Shown: positions 38,633 to 51,677 of the stretch, in pieces
Layout of the letters: each line of letters starts with the position of its first letter
How positions within the stretch are numbered: position 1 is the stretch's first letter
Assembly: GCA_051294375.1 (NCBI GenBank)
Contig: CM119266.1
Location: forward strand, 13,580,735-13,644,734
Length of the DNA: 64,000 bases
Direction of reading: 5' to 3'
Source of the DNA: Paraspadella gotoi
Lineage: Eukaryota; Animalia; Chaetognatha
Program-made: the position numbers and the translations under genes
The notes under the pieces: model-generated
Database searches by the model: none
What the model was told of the DNA's origin: nothing
The model's input: the letters and a program-made list of their open reading frames with translations, nothing else

Positions 38633-40614
38633 ACTCTCTCTCCCACTTTTCGGTGGTTGGTCAAAATCCTTTGATCTTAAACATCAACACTGTCTTGGTT
38701 GTTATTTATCAGTCCTTTGACATGTCAAGTTTCGACACTCTTTCGCCCATCACTCCTGCATCCCGACTTGACCATTCAACACATTTAACGCCATTTTTCA
38801 TTTTCCCGCCATTCACCGACACTCGTTCGGGTCGAAATTTGACAAGGGGAAAGAGTCTCTCCGCTTCTATCGCGATTTCTATTTATAGAATCATGAATTT
38901 TACGAGCGAGGAATCTGGATGGCGGAAAAACGCCTTCGGCATTTCCGCCGACGACGGAGATAAAAAGGTTTTTCGTCGACGATTTTCGTCCTCGATACTC
39001 TTAAAAAAGGTAGTATTACATGTTTCATATGCTATGAGATACTTAGGCTGAGCAATTTTTTTTCAAGTTTTATTAAAAAAAAACAAAACAAAAACAAAAC
39101 AAAAAAAAAAGACAAAAACAAAAATACAAAAAGCGGGAGATGGAGAGAAACGCGCTTGGCCGAAAATTACGTTACGAAAAGTAAGACGTCGGCGACATTT
39201 GCGTAGAAATGAGTTGAGGCTCGGAATGTAACAGTCGTAAAGAGAAACGGATGAGACGTTTATATGTTTGAGGCGATTATTCTAATGTAGAGAAGATTAA
39301 GGAAATCTGTTGCGACTGTAAAGAAGCGTTTTTAGTTTTTAAAAACTAACTTTAAAATTGCAACATTATTATTCGTATTTTGTTTAAAAAAAGATAATGT
39401 GCGTATGTGTGTAAAAGTATTATTTTTTTCATCGTTTGGCTAGGTGTATATGTTTAAACGTTGAAATTAGTCAAAATGTAATATAAATGTAAATGTATTT
39501 GAATCAATGTAAAAATTCAAACGAAATAAAAAATTCTGAGCGAAACTTTCTCTGTCGTCGATCGGTTGCCTTCGCTTTAATCGCGAGGTTTGGCATCGGC
39601 CAAGGAAACTTGGAAACGGATTCGCAGTCGGACATTCGCGGACAAATGGACAACCTTGGTAAATAAAAANNNNNNNNNNNNNNNNNNNNNNNNNNNNNNN
39701 NNNNNNNNNNNNNNNNNNNNNNNNNNNNNNNNNNNNNNNNNNNNNNNNNNNNNNNNNNNNNNNNNNNNNNNNNNNNNNNNNNNNNNNNNNNNNNNNNNNN
39801 NNNNNNNNNNNNNNNNNNNNNNNNNNNNNNNNNNNNNNNNNNNNNNNNNNNNNNNNNNNNNNNNNNNNNNNNNNNNNNNNNNNNNNNNNNNNNNNNNNNN
39901 NNNNNNNNNNNNNNNNNNNNNNNNNNNNNNNNNNNNNNNNNNNNNNNNNNNNNNNNNNNNNNNNNNNNNNNNNNNNNNNNNNNNNNNNNNNNNNNNNNNN
40001 NNNNNNNNNNNNNNNNNNNNNNNNNNNNNNNNNNNNNNNNNNNNNNNNNNNNNNNNNNNNNNNNNNNNNNNNNNNNNNNNNNNNNNNAAAAAAAAAAAAG
40101 GGAAAAAGGAATATGCAAAGAAAGACGCAGGGTAAACAAGAGAAGGAAAATTAGAGAAGGAGAGAGAAAGATTGAGATATGGAAAATGAAAGTTTGTATA
40201 CTATATGGATGGCTAAAGAATATTTCACCAAAAATCCCTGGAGTTTAAAGTTGATCAAGTTAAATAAACAAAGACAAATAGCTCGAATAAACTGAAATTG
40301 ATTCTTTAAAGAAAAACACACGTAAAAAAAGACGAAAAAATAAAAGGCAACTTAGAAAAATTAGAAAACCAATTCAACTTAATAACCCAGCAAAAATTAA
40401 AGTTTGATAAACGACTACCGAAACAAAATGTAATCGGAGTTTGTAAAGGAAAAATTAAACTAAATTTGTAAAAAGAATTGAACGGACTAAACGGAAGAAA
40501 AAGACTCGAACAAAAAAAAAACCGGATCAGGAAAAAGGGGTCGACGTTAAAACTGATCCTCCAAGAAAGCCCGGGGACCCTCAAGCGCCGCCCTTTCGCT
40601 TCTTTGCTGTGGAA

Positions 40615-41212
40615 TAAGGCGTAGTGAAAGTTACATACGAAAATTCTAAAAGTCAATTATGAACAACATACCATCAGTGAACATTAATTTGTAAAAAAAA
40701 ATAATTTTATGTTTTTTAATTTTCGCAGTAGGCTATATTTATATATAGTACTATCCTTATAAAATGGAAAAATTTCAAAATAAGCTTTTCTTAATTTTGA
40801 TTGCAGATTTGAATTCCTCGTCAAAAGTTGATAAAAGAAAATATAAATCATTTTTAAAAATTCTTTCATTAAGTGGGTTAAAAATAAAAAAACTATATTT
40901 AATATATAAAAAGTTAATTTTCAGCTTAAAATATAGCTTTTTCTAATTAATGAAGAAATTTTCAAAAAGAGTTATATTTCTTTTTATCAACTTTTTATGA
41001 CGAATCCAAATCTGCAAAAAAATCTTAGAAAAAACTGTTTTGAAATTTTAACATTTATTGATTTAGTACTAGTATAAATATGGCCTACTGCGTAAATTGT
41101 AAAATTTATTATAAATTTTTTTAATACATAAATGTTCATTAATATAATGTTTTTCGTTCCTCACTTTTAGAATTTCAATTATAGTTAAATTTAGAAATTT
41201 TACTACGCCTTA
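40615..41212. mobile_element. Foldback/palindromic MITE (598 bp) with 8-bp TSD CTGTGGAA
   Basis: CTGTGGAA|TAAGGCGTAGT…ACTACGCCTTA|CTGTGGAA. Inverted similarity extends almost to the centre, e.g. cgcagtaggc/gcctactgcg, tgcagatttg/caaatctgca and aaagttgataaaa/ttttatcaacttt. Confidence 0.88.
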
Positions 41213-42468
41213 CTGTGGAACAGGGGATTCCAAAAAAATAGAGTTTTTTTTCCCTTTTTCACCCAAAGAACAAAATCCAGTTTCCGCCCTTGGAGATTTT
41301 TTTTTTTCGCCGTACATACCCCACCTCTTCGAAGGCGCGTTGGGATTCCGCCGCATGATTTTTCTGCTATGAAAAAATTTTTTTTTTAAAATTTATTAGT
41401 TTTTTTTGTTTTTTTTTTGGTTTTTGTTTTTGGCAGAGAATTAGGAAGAAGATACGTACGAGCGAAGTGGTTTTTTATTGTTTTTTCGTTGTGTGGGGAT
41501 AATGGGTTAGGTGGTGAGTGGGGTAGGTGGTCAGTGGAGGGGATGGGTGATTTTTAGTAAAAAAAAAAAAAATTTTCGCGTTCGAATTGAATTCGAAAAA
41601 AAAAAGTTGGCTCGAGATAAAATACTAGAAAGTTATCGTTGGAAAAGACGAGAGATTTTGGTTCGGACCCGAACCGAAGAAAACAACTAGAGAAAAAACA
41701 AAAAGAAGAAGAAAAAATACAAAAAAAAAAAAAAAAATCAAAAGAGGGAAGAAAGAATTTTAATGAAAATAAAAACCACTTTTCAACTAAGAAGCGAGAA
41801 AAAGAAAAAGAGAAAGTGAAAGAAATTGAGAAGTTGGGTAGGAAAAAAAAAGGGGGGGGGCGAAGAAGGCAAGAAAAAGGGGAAAGTAAACCGCGGACAC
41901 CGAGAAAAAAAGGCATAAGTGCTAAAACCCGACTGAATTCATTTCGTGTTGTTATCCCGGTCGGGAGGCGGGAAAATCAGGGAGAGAGAGAGAGAGAGAG
42001 AAAGAAAGAAGGGAAAACAAGGGAAAGAAAAAAGGAAATTGGAAAAAAAAAAGAGAAAGGAGAAAAAAAGGGGGAAAAAGGAGACTGAGGGTCGAAGAAA
42101 TTCTGACGAACAAAAAAGTGGAAAAACCAATGTTGAGAAAACTTAATATGAAATTTAGACAGTAAACTATGAATGACGCTTATCAAATTATAACTCCAAA
42201 ATGGAGAGAAAAAAAAAGGCGCGAACGAAAAAAAAAAAAAGAAAGGTCCGGGAGAGAAATAAGAAATAAGGTTGGCTTAGGAAAAACTATTAATCGGGGA
42301 AAAAAAAGAGGAAAAAATAAATAAGAAGCGAAACGCGAAGGCGTGAAGATATAAATAAAGAAGAATTGGGTAAGTTAAGCTGATTGGTGCCTGAGAGAAT
42401 AAGAAAAGGGAAAAAGAGGAAAACCTGATAGAAAAAGGACAAAAAAAAGAGCAAAAAAAAGAGCAAAA

Positions 42469-42499
<31 letters not shown>

Positions 42500-42999
42500 G
42501 AAGGAAAGAAAAGGACGAAAATAAGAAGGTATGTTAAATAGAAAGAACGAAAGAGAAGAAAGAAAATCAGAAAAATAGGTGTGCTCCCACATAAATTGGG
42601 CAAGTTCCCGAAATTGACCTCCGCCCGGACGTCGGTCACGCGCGGGGCTCTATTCGTCGTGTCAGCGTCAAAACCGCGCCAACCCGAGTCCCAAGGTCCG
42701 CGTCAGCTGGCGCCGGAGATCAGGTTTACGCCAGCATAACTTGTCCGCCTTATATTGCCGCGACTGAGCCGCTTGGGGAATTCCTGGCGCCGATTCGTTA
42801 TTCTTCCGTGACCAACAACACAAATATTTTTCTTTTCCTATTTTTTTTTTGGGGGGGGAGGAGAAAAAACATGCGTCTCTTTGTTATCGTTGTTGTTGGA
42901 ACTTTTGTTGTCAACATCATATTCTATTTTTTTAAGTACGTGGTTTTGATGTACATATCTGTTTAAAATCGAGAATGAAGAAGGTAAAATTAAAAAATA

Positions 43000-43045
43000 A
43001 GGATGACAGGATGACAGGATGACAGGATGACAGGATGTCAGGATT
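43000..43045 (+). repeat. 8-bp tandem repeat (GGATGACA)n, ~5 copies
   Basis: Direct reading. Confidence 0.85.
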
Positions 43046-44425
43046 TCAGGAAGGTTAAGAATGACGCCGAAAACTTTTGATTGCGATAATATCACAAAAA
43101 AAAAGACCGAGGCGAAATTTGCGGAAACGGGGTGACAACGAGGCTGACCACAACCCTGACAACGAATCGTCATAACAACTACCTTGGCAACAACGACGAG
43201 AATGTCTAGAAGCCAGCTCGGTTACAAAAGCTAATTCGTCATGGGGCACGATCAAAAAAAATTAATAACATTCTTGAAAGAAAAGAAAAATAATAAGAAA
43301 AAAAAAAAGGAATCGATTTTTCTGAGTCAGCAATTCGCTCCCTTTCTTTCTACTCCAACCTGATGCTTCCTTATGCCTCTCTAGAGACCCCAGTTCGCCC
43401 ACCCCACCCATAACCACCCCACCCAATCCCACCCCTTCTCCCTTCATCCAACTCTATACCCCACCCATTCTCACCTCCTCAGGGGACCGATTCGCGCTGA
43501 GGTGGCAAACTTTAATATTTCGGATTTAAGGGAGAAAGAAAAAAACAAAAGCCCAGTTAATTCAGAGATTCGTCTATGATTACTGATTCAATAATCTGAT
43601 GAGACTATTAATATTATAAAAATCTATAAGTGTGTATCGATTGACAACTAATAAAAACTTCGCAATAAATGTAACCATTTTTCTGTTAGAGAAATTGAGA
43701 TAACTTCTAAGAGATACTAGGATATGCTGAGCAAATAGAGTTTAGATGGGAATTTAATGTGTTCATTCATAGATAGAGAGTTGTATTTGAGAATTGAAAA
43801 GATCCTTAAATTTAAAAGCGTGTAATTTTTTTTCTACAGCTTAATTTTGGTCGCTTTAAAGCTTTGAGATGATCATAAGTATTATTTCCCTGCAACAGTA
43901 CTATGATAGCTATCTAAACTCACAGTTGTATAGTATACTAATGTATGTATACTAATGTCTAAATCTAGTACATTGTAAAAAATTTTACTTGGAAAGTGGC
44001 AGTTCTGTAAAAACTGTCCAACCTATGAAAAGTTATAATCGATAACCCCGTCCACCGCCACTCTCTCGTTTTCTCTCCCCCCCACTTCTCTTTTGATTCC
44101 CCCCGAGAAAACAAAAACAGAACGAAAACAAAAACCGAAAGAGAGTCTAAAAAGAGAAGCGAAAAGTCGTCCCAACCGCTAATTGTGCCAATGATATCGC
44201 GTTATGAAAGACACAAGGGCGCCGCCGCTCATGCGCCCGCCCGCCGGCCCCCGTGGCCCGCCGCCGCCACCGCCCGCCCGCGCGATTTGCCAAGAAAACG
44301 AGAGAAGAAACAGAAAAGGAAATTTCTTTGTTTGTTTCGATTCGCTAACGAGTCGAACGATTCCGTCTCCCGATAGAAAAGGGTGAGAAAATGAGGAGAG
44401 GCTCCTCTCTCTCTCTCTCTCTCTC

Positions 44426-44502
<77 letters not shown>

Positions 44503-45080
44503 AATCTTTATGCGGTAGATAACCTGGCGAGTAGGGTCGGAAGAAGAGAAGGATGAATCTCCAATATCGCTTCCCAGAGGCGACAATTGCTCATTATGTT
44601 TGACCAACCAATTTCGACGCCAACTCCGAAAATATATAGTCATCAATTTACATTAATTTTTTTTAGAATACTTAAAAAAACCCCGGCGTAAGATCGAGGC
44701 TCATCCCAATCACAGGAAAGAACACGTTGGATGATTAAATTCTCTTTCCAATCAAATGATCTTGTTGACTTTGAGCGAAAAAAGCCACAAGCTTCGCTTT
44801 TATTCTGTTTGCAACTCGGATATATGCAGTCGGAGAAACAAAGAGAGATAGAAGAAGAGAGAAATGAGAGAGAGAAAGAAAAACAGAGATGGAGAGAATT
44901 TATACAGGTGACCATTTTAAACCCCTCTCTAGAAAAAAATTAACAAACGTGAAGAGATTAAAATTTATAATAGAGATTCTTAAAGACAAGACATACGTTT
45001 TTTATGTATAAATATCATGTCCTCGGTTTCCTTTTACTTGAACAGTGAGGGGTAAAATATGGCTTGAATGATAATAATAA

Positions 45081-45480
45081 GGCCTTAAACACAAAGCCTG
45101 TCCAAGTCAGGGGAAGATAGCTTATTTATTAAATGATGGATAATTTTTATATTGGTTGTACAATTATAACAGCTCCTTGTATTTTGATGCTGTGCTGCGG
45201 AGTACAATAAGTATTCCCGATCTAATACTTAAAGGAGTGGTCTTTTCATACAATTGAAACATTCTTTGAAATATTTTTCCACTTATTGATAGGGAAGCCA
45301 GGTACTTGGGAGTGAACAAACGCTGTGAGAGAGTCTTGATTGAAAGCTTGCAGGGACCTGCTATGTCATTATCTTGTAAGAGTGATGGAGGCCTTAAACC
45401 ACCAAAGCCTGTCCAAAGTCAGGGGCAAGATAGCTTATTTATTAAATGAATGGATATTTTTATATTGGTTGTACCAATTT
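45081..45480 (+). repeat. ~310 bp tandem-unit dispersed repeat, about 1.3 units
   Basis: ggccttaaac…ggttgtac(c)aatt occurs at 45081 and again at 45390. The same family is at 57991-58352 on the opposite strand, and only ~90 bp of it is present at 50244-50336. Confidence 0.8.
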
Positions 45481-46127
45481 CATAAAAAAATTTTATTTTA
45501 ATTTTAAGGATGATATATGAAAATTTAAAAAGAAAAAAAAAAGATTTTGCCTGAAAGCTCACAAAAAAACTGAATACTTTGATATGAAATTGGTACAACC
45601 GATTCTGTAGCAGTAAAATATATTTTGGGGCCAAGTCAAAGTTATAAGTTATTAGTTATTTGCAGGAATAAGTTTAAATTACTTGTCACACGATTCATTT
45701 ATTAGTTAAAAGGTTTAGTTTTTAAGAATAGTCAATGGCAAGGTTTATTACTTTAAGAGATATAATCGAAATTCCTGAATCAATTTCTAACGGGCTTTCT
45801 TGTGATTCCCATTTTAGCACAAATTAGTGAGATCATGATTGCTTAAAAAGAGCTTACGATTCCAGTTTACGAATTCCTTTATATCTCATTGAAAAGCTCG
45901 AGTTTTCTCCTTATCTTTTTTCACTCACTATGAACTCAAAACAAAATCAATTACAGGAAATTCATACATAAAAATGTGATATTTTTTGTTCTATATATCA
46001 TATTATTCTTTTTACATTTTTTTATAGCGGCGGGATTAAAATGGTCACGATGCACTTATTTAGAATATTTTCGTCTAATCTTGACATCTGTCCAAACCAG
46101 ACAGATTGGCTTACTAAGAAAACTCAC

Positions 46128-46825
46128 CTCGTCCGTCTGCAGCTTGAGGTAAGTCCGTCCGGCGGCGTTGGTGAAGAGACGATTGACGACGTCTTGCGTC
46201 TCCACGTGAGACCCGAGACCGGAAGGTCGCCAGCGTCTTGACGTCGCCGAACTTTCTGTCGGCGCTGTCTCGATTGTGAGTCCGAGATCTGGCCGACGCG
46301 CGGATTTGGCCACCTGGCGACCGACCGGACTGGGATGATTCCGACGAACCCGCCGAGTCGCTCTGATGCGGCAGCCGACGAAGGGAGAGCCGCTTTCAGT
46401 CGACGGACGAATTGAGAAGCGGCGTTGGAGACGCCGCGCCGACGATGCCGCCAGGACCTGCGATGGAGGCGGCGCCGCTTTGCGCGCTGAAGACGCCGCT
46501 CGAGTTGGTCTGCAGCGAGGTCAATGACGTCGTCAACGAGTGATTGCTTCCGTCGTAGAAATTGATGTTGTTGTTGACGGCGTTGGCGTTGTTGACGGAG
46601 AAGTTACCAGCTGTCGCCAAGGTGGCGCTTTTTCGCGCGGCGAGAGCGCGCGAGGGCGGCGGCGTTGTTGTCGGTATCGGCGAAAAGTTTAGGGTCGCGC
46701 AGCAGTCGTGTTGGAGTTGAATGTAGCGAGGCTGGCGGGCGGCGGCGGATGCTGCTGCTGCTTCGTTAGTCGCTGGAGATCGAGAAGTGGAACGAAGGAT
46801 GGAGGGAGAGAGAGTCGACGAAGAT
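46128..46825 (-). pseudogene. Frameshifted duplicate of the 50979-51677 exon (probably an assembly duplicate rather than a true pseudogene)
   Basis: Near-identical sequence with scattered 1-nt indels, lying in the 44500-49632 copy of the tandem duplication next to a 25-N gap. Confidence 0.6.
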
Positions 46826-47856
46826 CTGATTGGAGGAAATCAGGAAAAATATTTTGATAGGTGAAAAAAAAAAATTCAAATTTTTTTTGTGTCAATAATT
46901 TTTTTTCAAATCTCAGATAAAATTTATTTTATTTTTAATACTTGCATAGGCTAAATTTTTTTTTTCGACTCGCAAAAACTAACAACAGTTAACTGAGGGA
47001 AAATTAAAAAAAACCGACACGGTTGCACTGAATTTAATCTTCAAAAGTTTATAATTCAAAAAGCGTTTTATTTTTTCCGCGACGATCTTCGCGCCGCAAC
47101 GAGAAAACTAAAACTTGGAAACTTTTTAATTAAATCGTTGGAGGAAAAAGAGTGAGAGAGGTTGGGGGGGGGGGCGTGGAGAGAGAGCGTTCCCTGTTTC
47201 CTGGAAATCATGGGAGCTTAACAAAAACATTAAATCAAAACATTGAATAAAACATAAAATGAAAACTAAGTCTGGAGACGATGATATCGTCGAAGAGGAT
47301 GAAAATGAAGGAAACGGAACGACTCGTGAAGAAGACGGAAGAATTACGCTATGATTGATGTTGTTTCTATAAATAGGAAAGAAAAAAAAACATTTTAGTA
47401 AATGTGACTTCTGAAAACCATCATAATATGCCTGTAGGGTCGTACTTAACAGAACAAACAACCACGCTTCGTTTTTTGTTTTTTTTTAATTTCTTCCCTC
47501 GTTTCCAACAAACACTATACGTATTTATTATTTTAAATGAGTTAACATCTAATTTTATTTCACTTAAACCTATATATACAGGTAGTAAAAATAAAATAAA
47601 TAGAAGAAAAATCAAAGAATAACATTCAAGAGCATTGGCAATTGAGCTCATTGACTTTTCCCTTCTTTCAAGCATTAAAGTTAAGTTCACATTATCATGG
47701 GAATTATTACGACGATTCATTCTTGGCGATAATGAAGGAATCTCGAACGCGCCACCTCGTTGAAATCAATGAGAAAGGAGAGAAACTTATTAAAAAGGAG
47801 GGATTTCGTTCCCGAGATTCTATAAGAAAGTGAGAGAGAGAGAAGAGAGAGAGAAC

Positions 47857-47934
<78 letters not shown>

Positions 47935-48463
47935 TAATCTGAGAAAGAATTCGTTGTACGGCTCGCTGAACCGAAAGTTAATTTCGCGGCTATTATAGCC
48001 GCTATGGCGAAGGGCTATTGGGAGCCGTGCAAATCTAAGAGAATAAAAAGGGGGAAGAGTAGCGTCATCTGTCGGATTGAAAGAGCTTTATTGTTTCATT
48101 CGAATTCTATTTTTGATTTGACATCTGTGGATATAGCGAAGAATTCAACGACCACGATTGACGAGTCACTTTTTTTTTTTTAATGGCTGCGTCCAAGTTG
48201 TTTTCTCTCAATTCCGACGTTTTTCAAATTTATTTTTGTCTTTTGTTTTTACACTTTCTGCGTTTCCGCGCTTTAATTCCTCGTCGCCTCAAAGGTACGA
48301 CACGCTAAGATATTTAACGAGACGCGAGGGAAAATGGCGTCGTCAGAAAAAAAAAATAGAGCATTAAAATTCTGTTCGCGGGAAAAAAATGCAAAAAAAT
48401 TATGAGACCAAAAGAAAGAAAAAAAAGAAAGTTTAATTGGAGGAAGGACGTGATGGATGAGAG

Positions 48464-48565
<102 letters not shown>

Positions 48566-48950
48566 TAAAAAGTAAAAAAAAAGTAAATTTTTTAAATAGA
48601 TTCCTCTTTTGTTTTTCCAAATGAAGTTAGGCTTCTCCTCCATTTTTTTCGCCTCGCCATCTGACATCTGCAATTAAGATCTTACGTCGAGCGAAAAAAT
48701 ACTTTTTTTCCTAACAACATACCGTGTCTCGCTCTGATGCATGAACGAACCGTGACTCCTCCAATAGGTTTGAAAACTAACACTCGTATCTTCTTCTTTT
48801 TCTTTTATCACCTTTTAGTTGGTTTTTTGAAATACGTTTTTCTTTCTTTATCTTATATCTTTCATTCATTCTTTTCTTTTCTTTCTCTGTCTTTCTTCTT
48901 TCTTTCTCTCTCTTTCTTTCTTTTCTTTCTTCTTTCTTTCTTTCTTTCCT

Positions 48951-48994
<44 letters not shown>

Positions 48995-50978
48995 TCATTC
49001 ATTTTCCACTTTTTTAGCCCTGGTTCCTTCTTTCGATTCCCATTTTCCGAGAAGTGAGAATCTTTTAGTCTTTAAGAATTAAAACAGAAGAAAATATCCG
49101 AATCGATCACTCCTTTTTTTTTTCTTCAACCCAATTCACATCTCAATCAACCCCCCTCATTCACCTACCCGTCCCCCCCGTTCCCCCAATTGCCCGACCC
49201 CCCCCGCCCGGTTTGCAATCTCTTCTCTCGAATTCCTTCTTCTGCTTCCGGAGAGAATAGAACCGTTCGAGAAAACGTCAAAAAATGGCCGTAAATGGCG
49301 TAAATGGCAGAAAGAAAAAATGAGTAAAGAAAGAAAAAAAGGGATTCTTTTTACTCTTATACTTTCTCGGATTTATATTCTTTTTTTATTTTTTGGAAAT
49401 AAAAAAGGAAGAAAGAAATTGGTTCATACGAAATGGATTTCGCTCGAAGATTTTTTGAAAAAGGAAAAATGAAGAGAAGCGAATTAATCTTCTGTTTTTT
49501 TTTTTTAGTTCATTTTCCCCCTTCTTTGGCGGCCTGACCTTTTATTTTTTCTTTTACCGACTTTTTTCTTTACCTGTTCTCTCTCTCTCTCTCTCTCTCT
49601 TCTTCTCTCTCTCTCTCTCTCTCTCTCGTCTCNNNNNNNNNNNNNNNNNNNNNNNNNTGGAATCTTTATGCGGTAGATAACCTGGCGAGTAGGGTCGGAA
49701 GAAGAGAAGGATGAATCTCCAATATCGCTTCCCAGAGGACGACAATTGCTCATTATGTTTGACCAACCAATTTCGACGCCAACTCCGAAAATATATAGTC
49801 ATCAATTTACATTAATTTTTTTTAGAATACTTAAAAAAACCCCGGCGTAAGATCGAGGCTCATCCCAATCACAGGAAAGAACACGTTGGATGATTAATTC
49901 TCTTTCCAATCAAATGATTCTTGACTTTGAAGCGAGAAAAGCCACAAGCTTCGCTTTTATTCTGTTTGCAACTCGGATATATGCAGTCGGAGAAACAAAG
50001 AGAGATAGAAAGAGAGAGAGAAATAGAGAGAGAGAAAGAAAAACAGAGATGGAGAGAATTTATACTAGGTGACCATTTTAAACCCCTCTCTAGAAAAAAT
50101 TAACAAAACGTGAAGAGATTTTAAAATTTTAAATAGAGATTCTTAAAGACAAGACATACGTTTTTTATGTATAAATATCATGTCCCTCGGTTTACTTTTA
50201 CTTGAACAGTGAGGGGTAAAATATTGCTTGAATGATAATAATAAGGCCTTAAACCACCAAAGCCTGTCCAAAGTCAGGGGCAAGATAGCTTATTTATTAA
50301 ATGAATGGATAATTTTTATATTGGTTGTACCAATTTCATAAAAAAATTTGATTTAATTTTAAGGATGATATATGAAAATTTAAAAAGAAAAAAAAAAGAT
50401 TTTGCCTGAAAGCTCACAAAAAAACTGAATACTTTGATATGAAATTGGTACAACCGATTCTGTAGCAGTAAAAATATATTTTTGGGGCCAAGTCAAAGTT
50501 ATAAGTTATTATTATTTGCAGGAATAAGTTTAAATTACTTGTCACACGATTCATTTATTAGTTAAAAGGTTTAGTTTTTAAGAATAGTCAATGGCAAGGT
50601 TTATTATTTAAAGATGATAATCGAAATTCCTGAATCAATTTCTAACGGGCTTTCTTGTGATTCCCATTTTAGCACAAATTAGTGAGATCATGATTGCTTA
50701 AAAGAGCTACGAATTCCAGGTTACGAAATTCCCTTTATATCTCATTGAAAAGCTCGAGTTTTCTCCTTATCTTTTTTCACTCACTATGAACTCAAAACAA
50801 AATCAATTATCAGGAAATTCATACATAAAAATGTATATTTTTTGTCTATATATCTATTTTCTTTTTACAATTTTTTATAGCGGCGGGATTCAAATGGTCA
50901 CGATGCACTTATTTAGAATATTTTCGTCTAATCTTGACATCTGTCCAAACAGACAGATTGGCTTACTAAGAAACTCAC

Positions 50979-51677
50979 CCTCGTCCGTCTGCAGCTTGAG
51001 GTAAGTCCGTCCGGCGGCGTTGGTGAAGAGACGATTGACGACGTCTTGCGTCTCCACGTGAGACCCGAGACCGGAAGTCGCCAGCGTCTTGACGTCGCCG
51101 ACTTTCTGTCGGCGCTGTCTCGATTGTGAGTCCGAGGATCTGGCCGACGCCGCGGATTTGGCCGACCTGGCCGACCGACCGGACTGGGATGATTCCGACG
51201 AACCCGCCGAGTCGCTCTGATGCGGCAGCCGACGAAGGGAGAGCCGCTTTTCGTCGACGGACGAATTGAGAGCGGCGTTGGAGACGCCGCCGCCGACGAT
51301 GCCGCCAGGACCTGCGATGGAGGCGGCGCCGCTTTGCGCGCTGGAGACGCCGCTCGAGTTGGTCTGCAGCGAGGTCAATGACGTCGTCAACGAGTGATTG
51401 CTTCCGTCGTAGAAATTGATGTTGTTGTTGACGGCGTTGGCGTTGTTGACGGAGAAGTTACCAGCTGTCGCCAAGGTGGCGCTTTTTCGCGCGGCGAGAG
51501 CGGCGAGGGCGGCGGCGTTGTTGTCGGTATCGGCGAAAAGTTTAGGGTCGCGCAGCAGCGTGTTGGAGTTGATGTAGCGAGGCTGGCGGGCGGCGGCGGA
51601 TGCTGCTGCTGCTTCGTTAGTCGCTGGAGATCGAGAAGTGGAACGAAGGATGGAGGGAGAGAGAGTCGACGAAGGAT
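50979..51677 (-). CDS. Large low-complexity exon (DPSSTLSPSILRS…NRLFTNAAGRTYLKLQTDE), probable upstream exon of gene B (intact copy)
   Basis: cctccaatcag| acceptor and G|gtgagt donor. 699 nt, fully open, phase 1-1, strongly GC3-rich. Phases match both the 56648 donor and the 37372 acceptor. Confidence 0.75.

Noticed and set aside
38455-39051. 198-aa + strand ORF
   Set aside because: No ATG start, no recognisable motif, it contains a local tandem duplication, and it lies antisense within the probable gene B intron.
43596-43602. CTGATGA hammerhead core motif (also at ~9496)
   Set aside because: No stem II/GAAA/stem III arrangement follows.
44511-44635. Possible minus-strand exon (…WLVKHNEQLSPLGSDIGDSSFSSSDPTRQ)
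   Set aside because: Weak acceptor and donor and no GC3 bias like the real exons. It is not needed for phase continuity, though not fully excluded.
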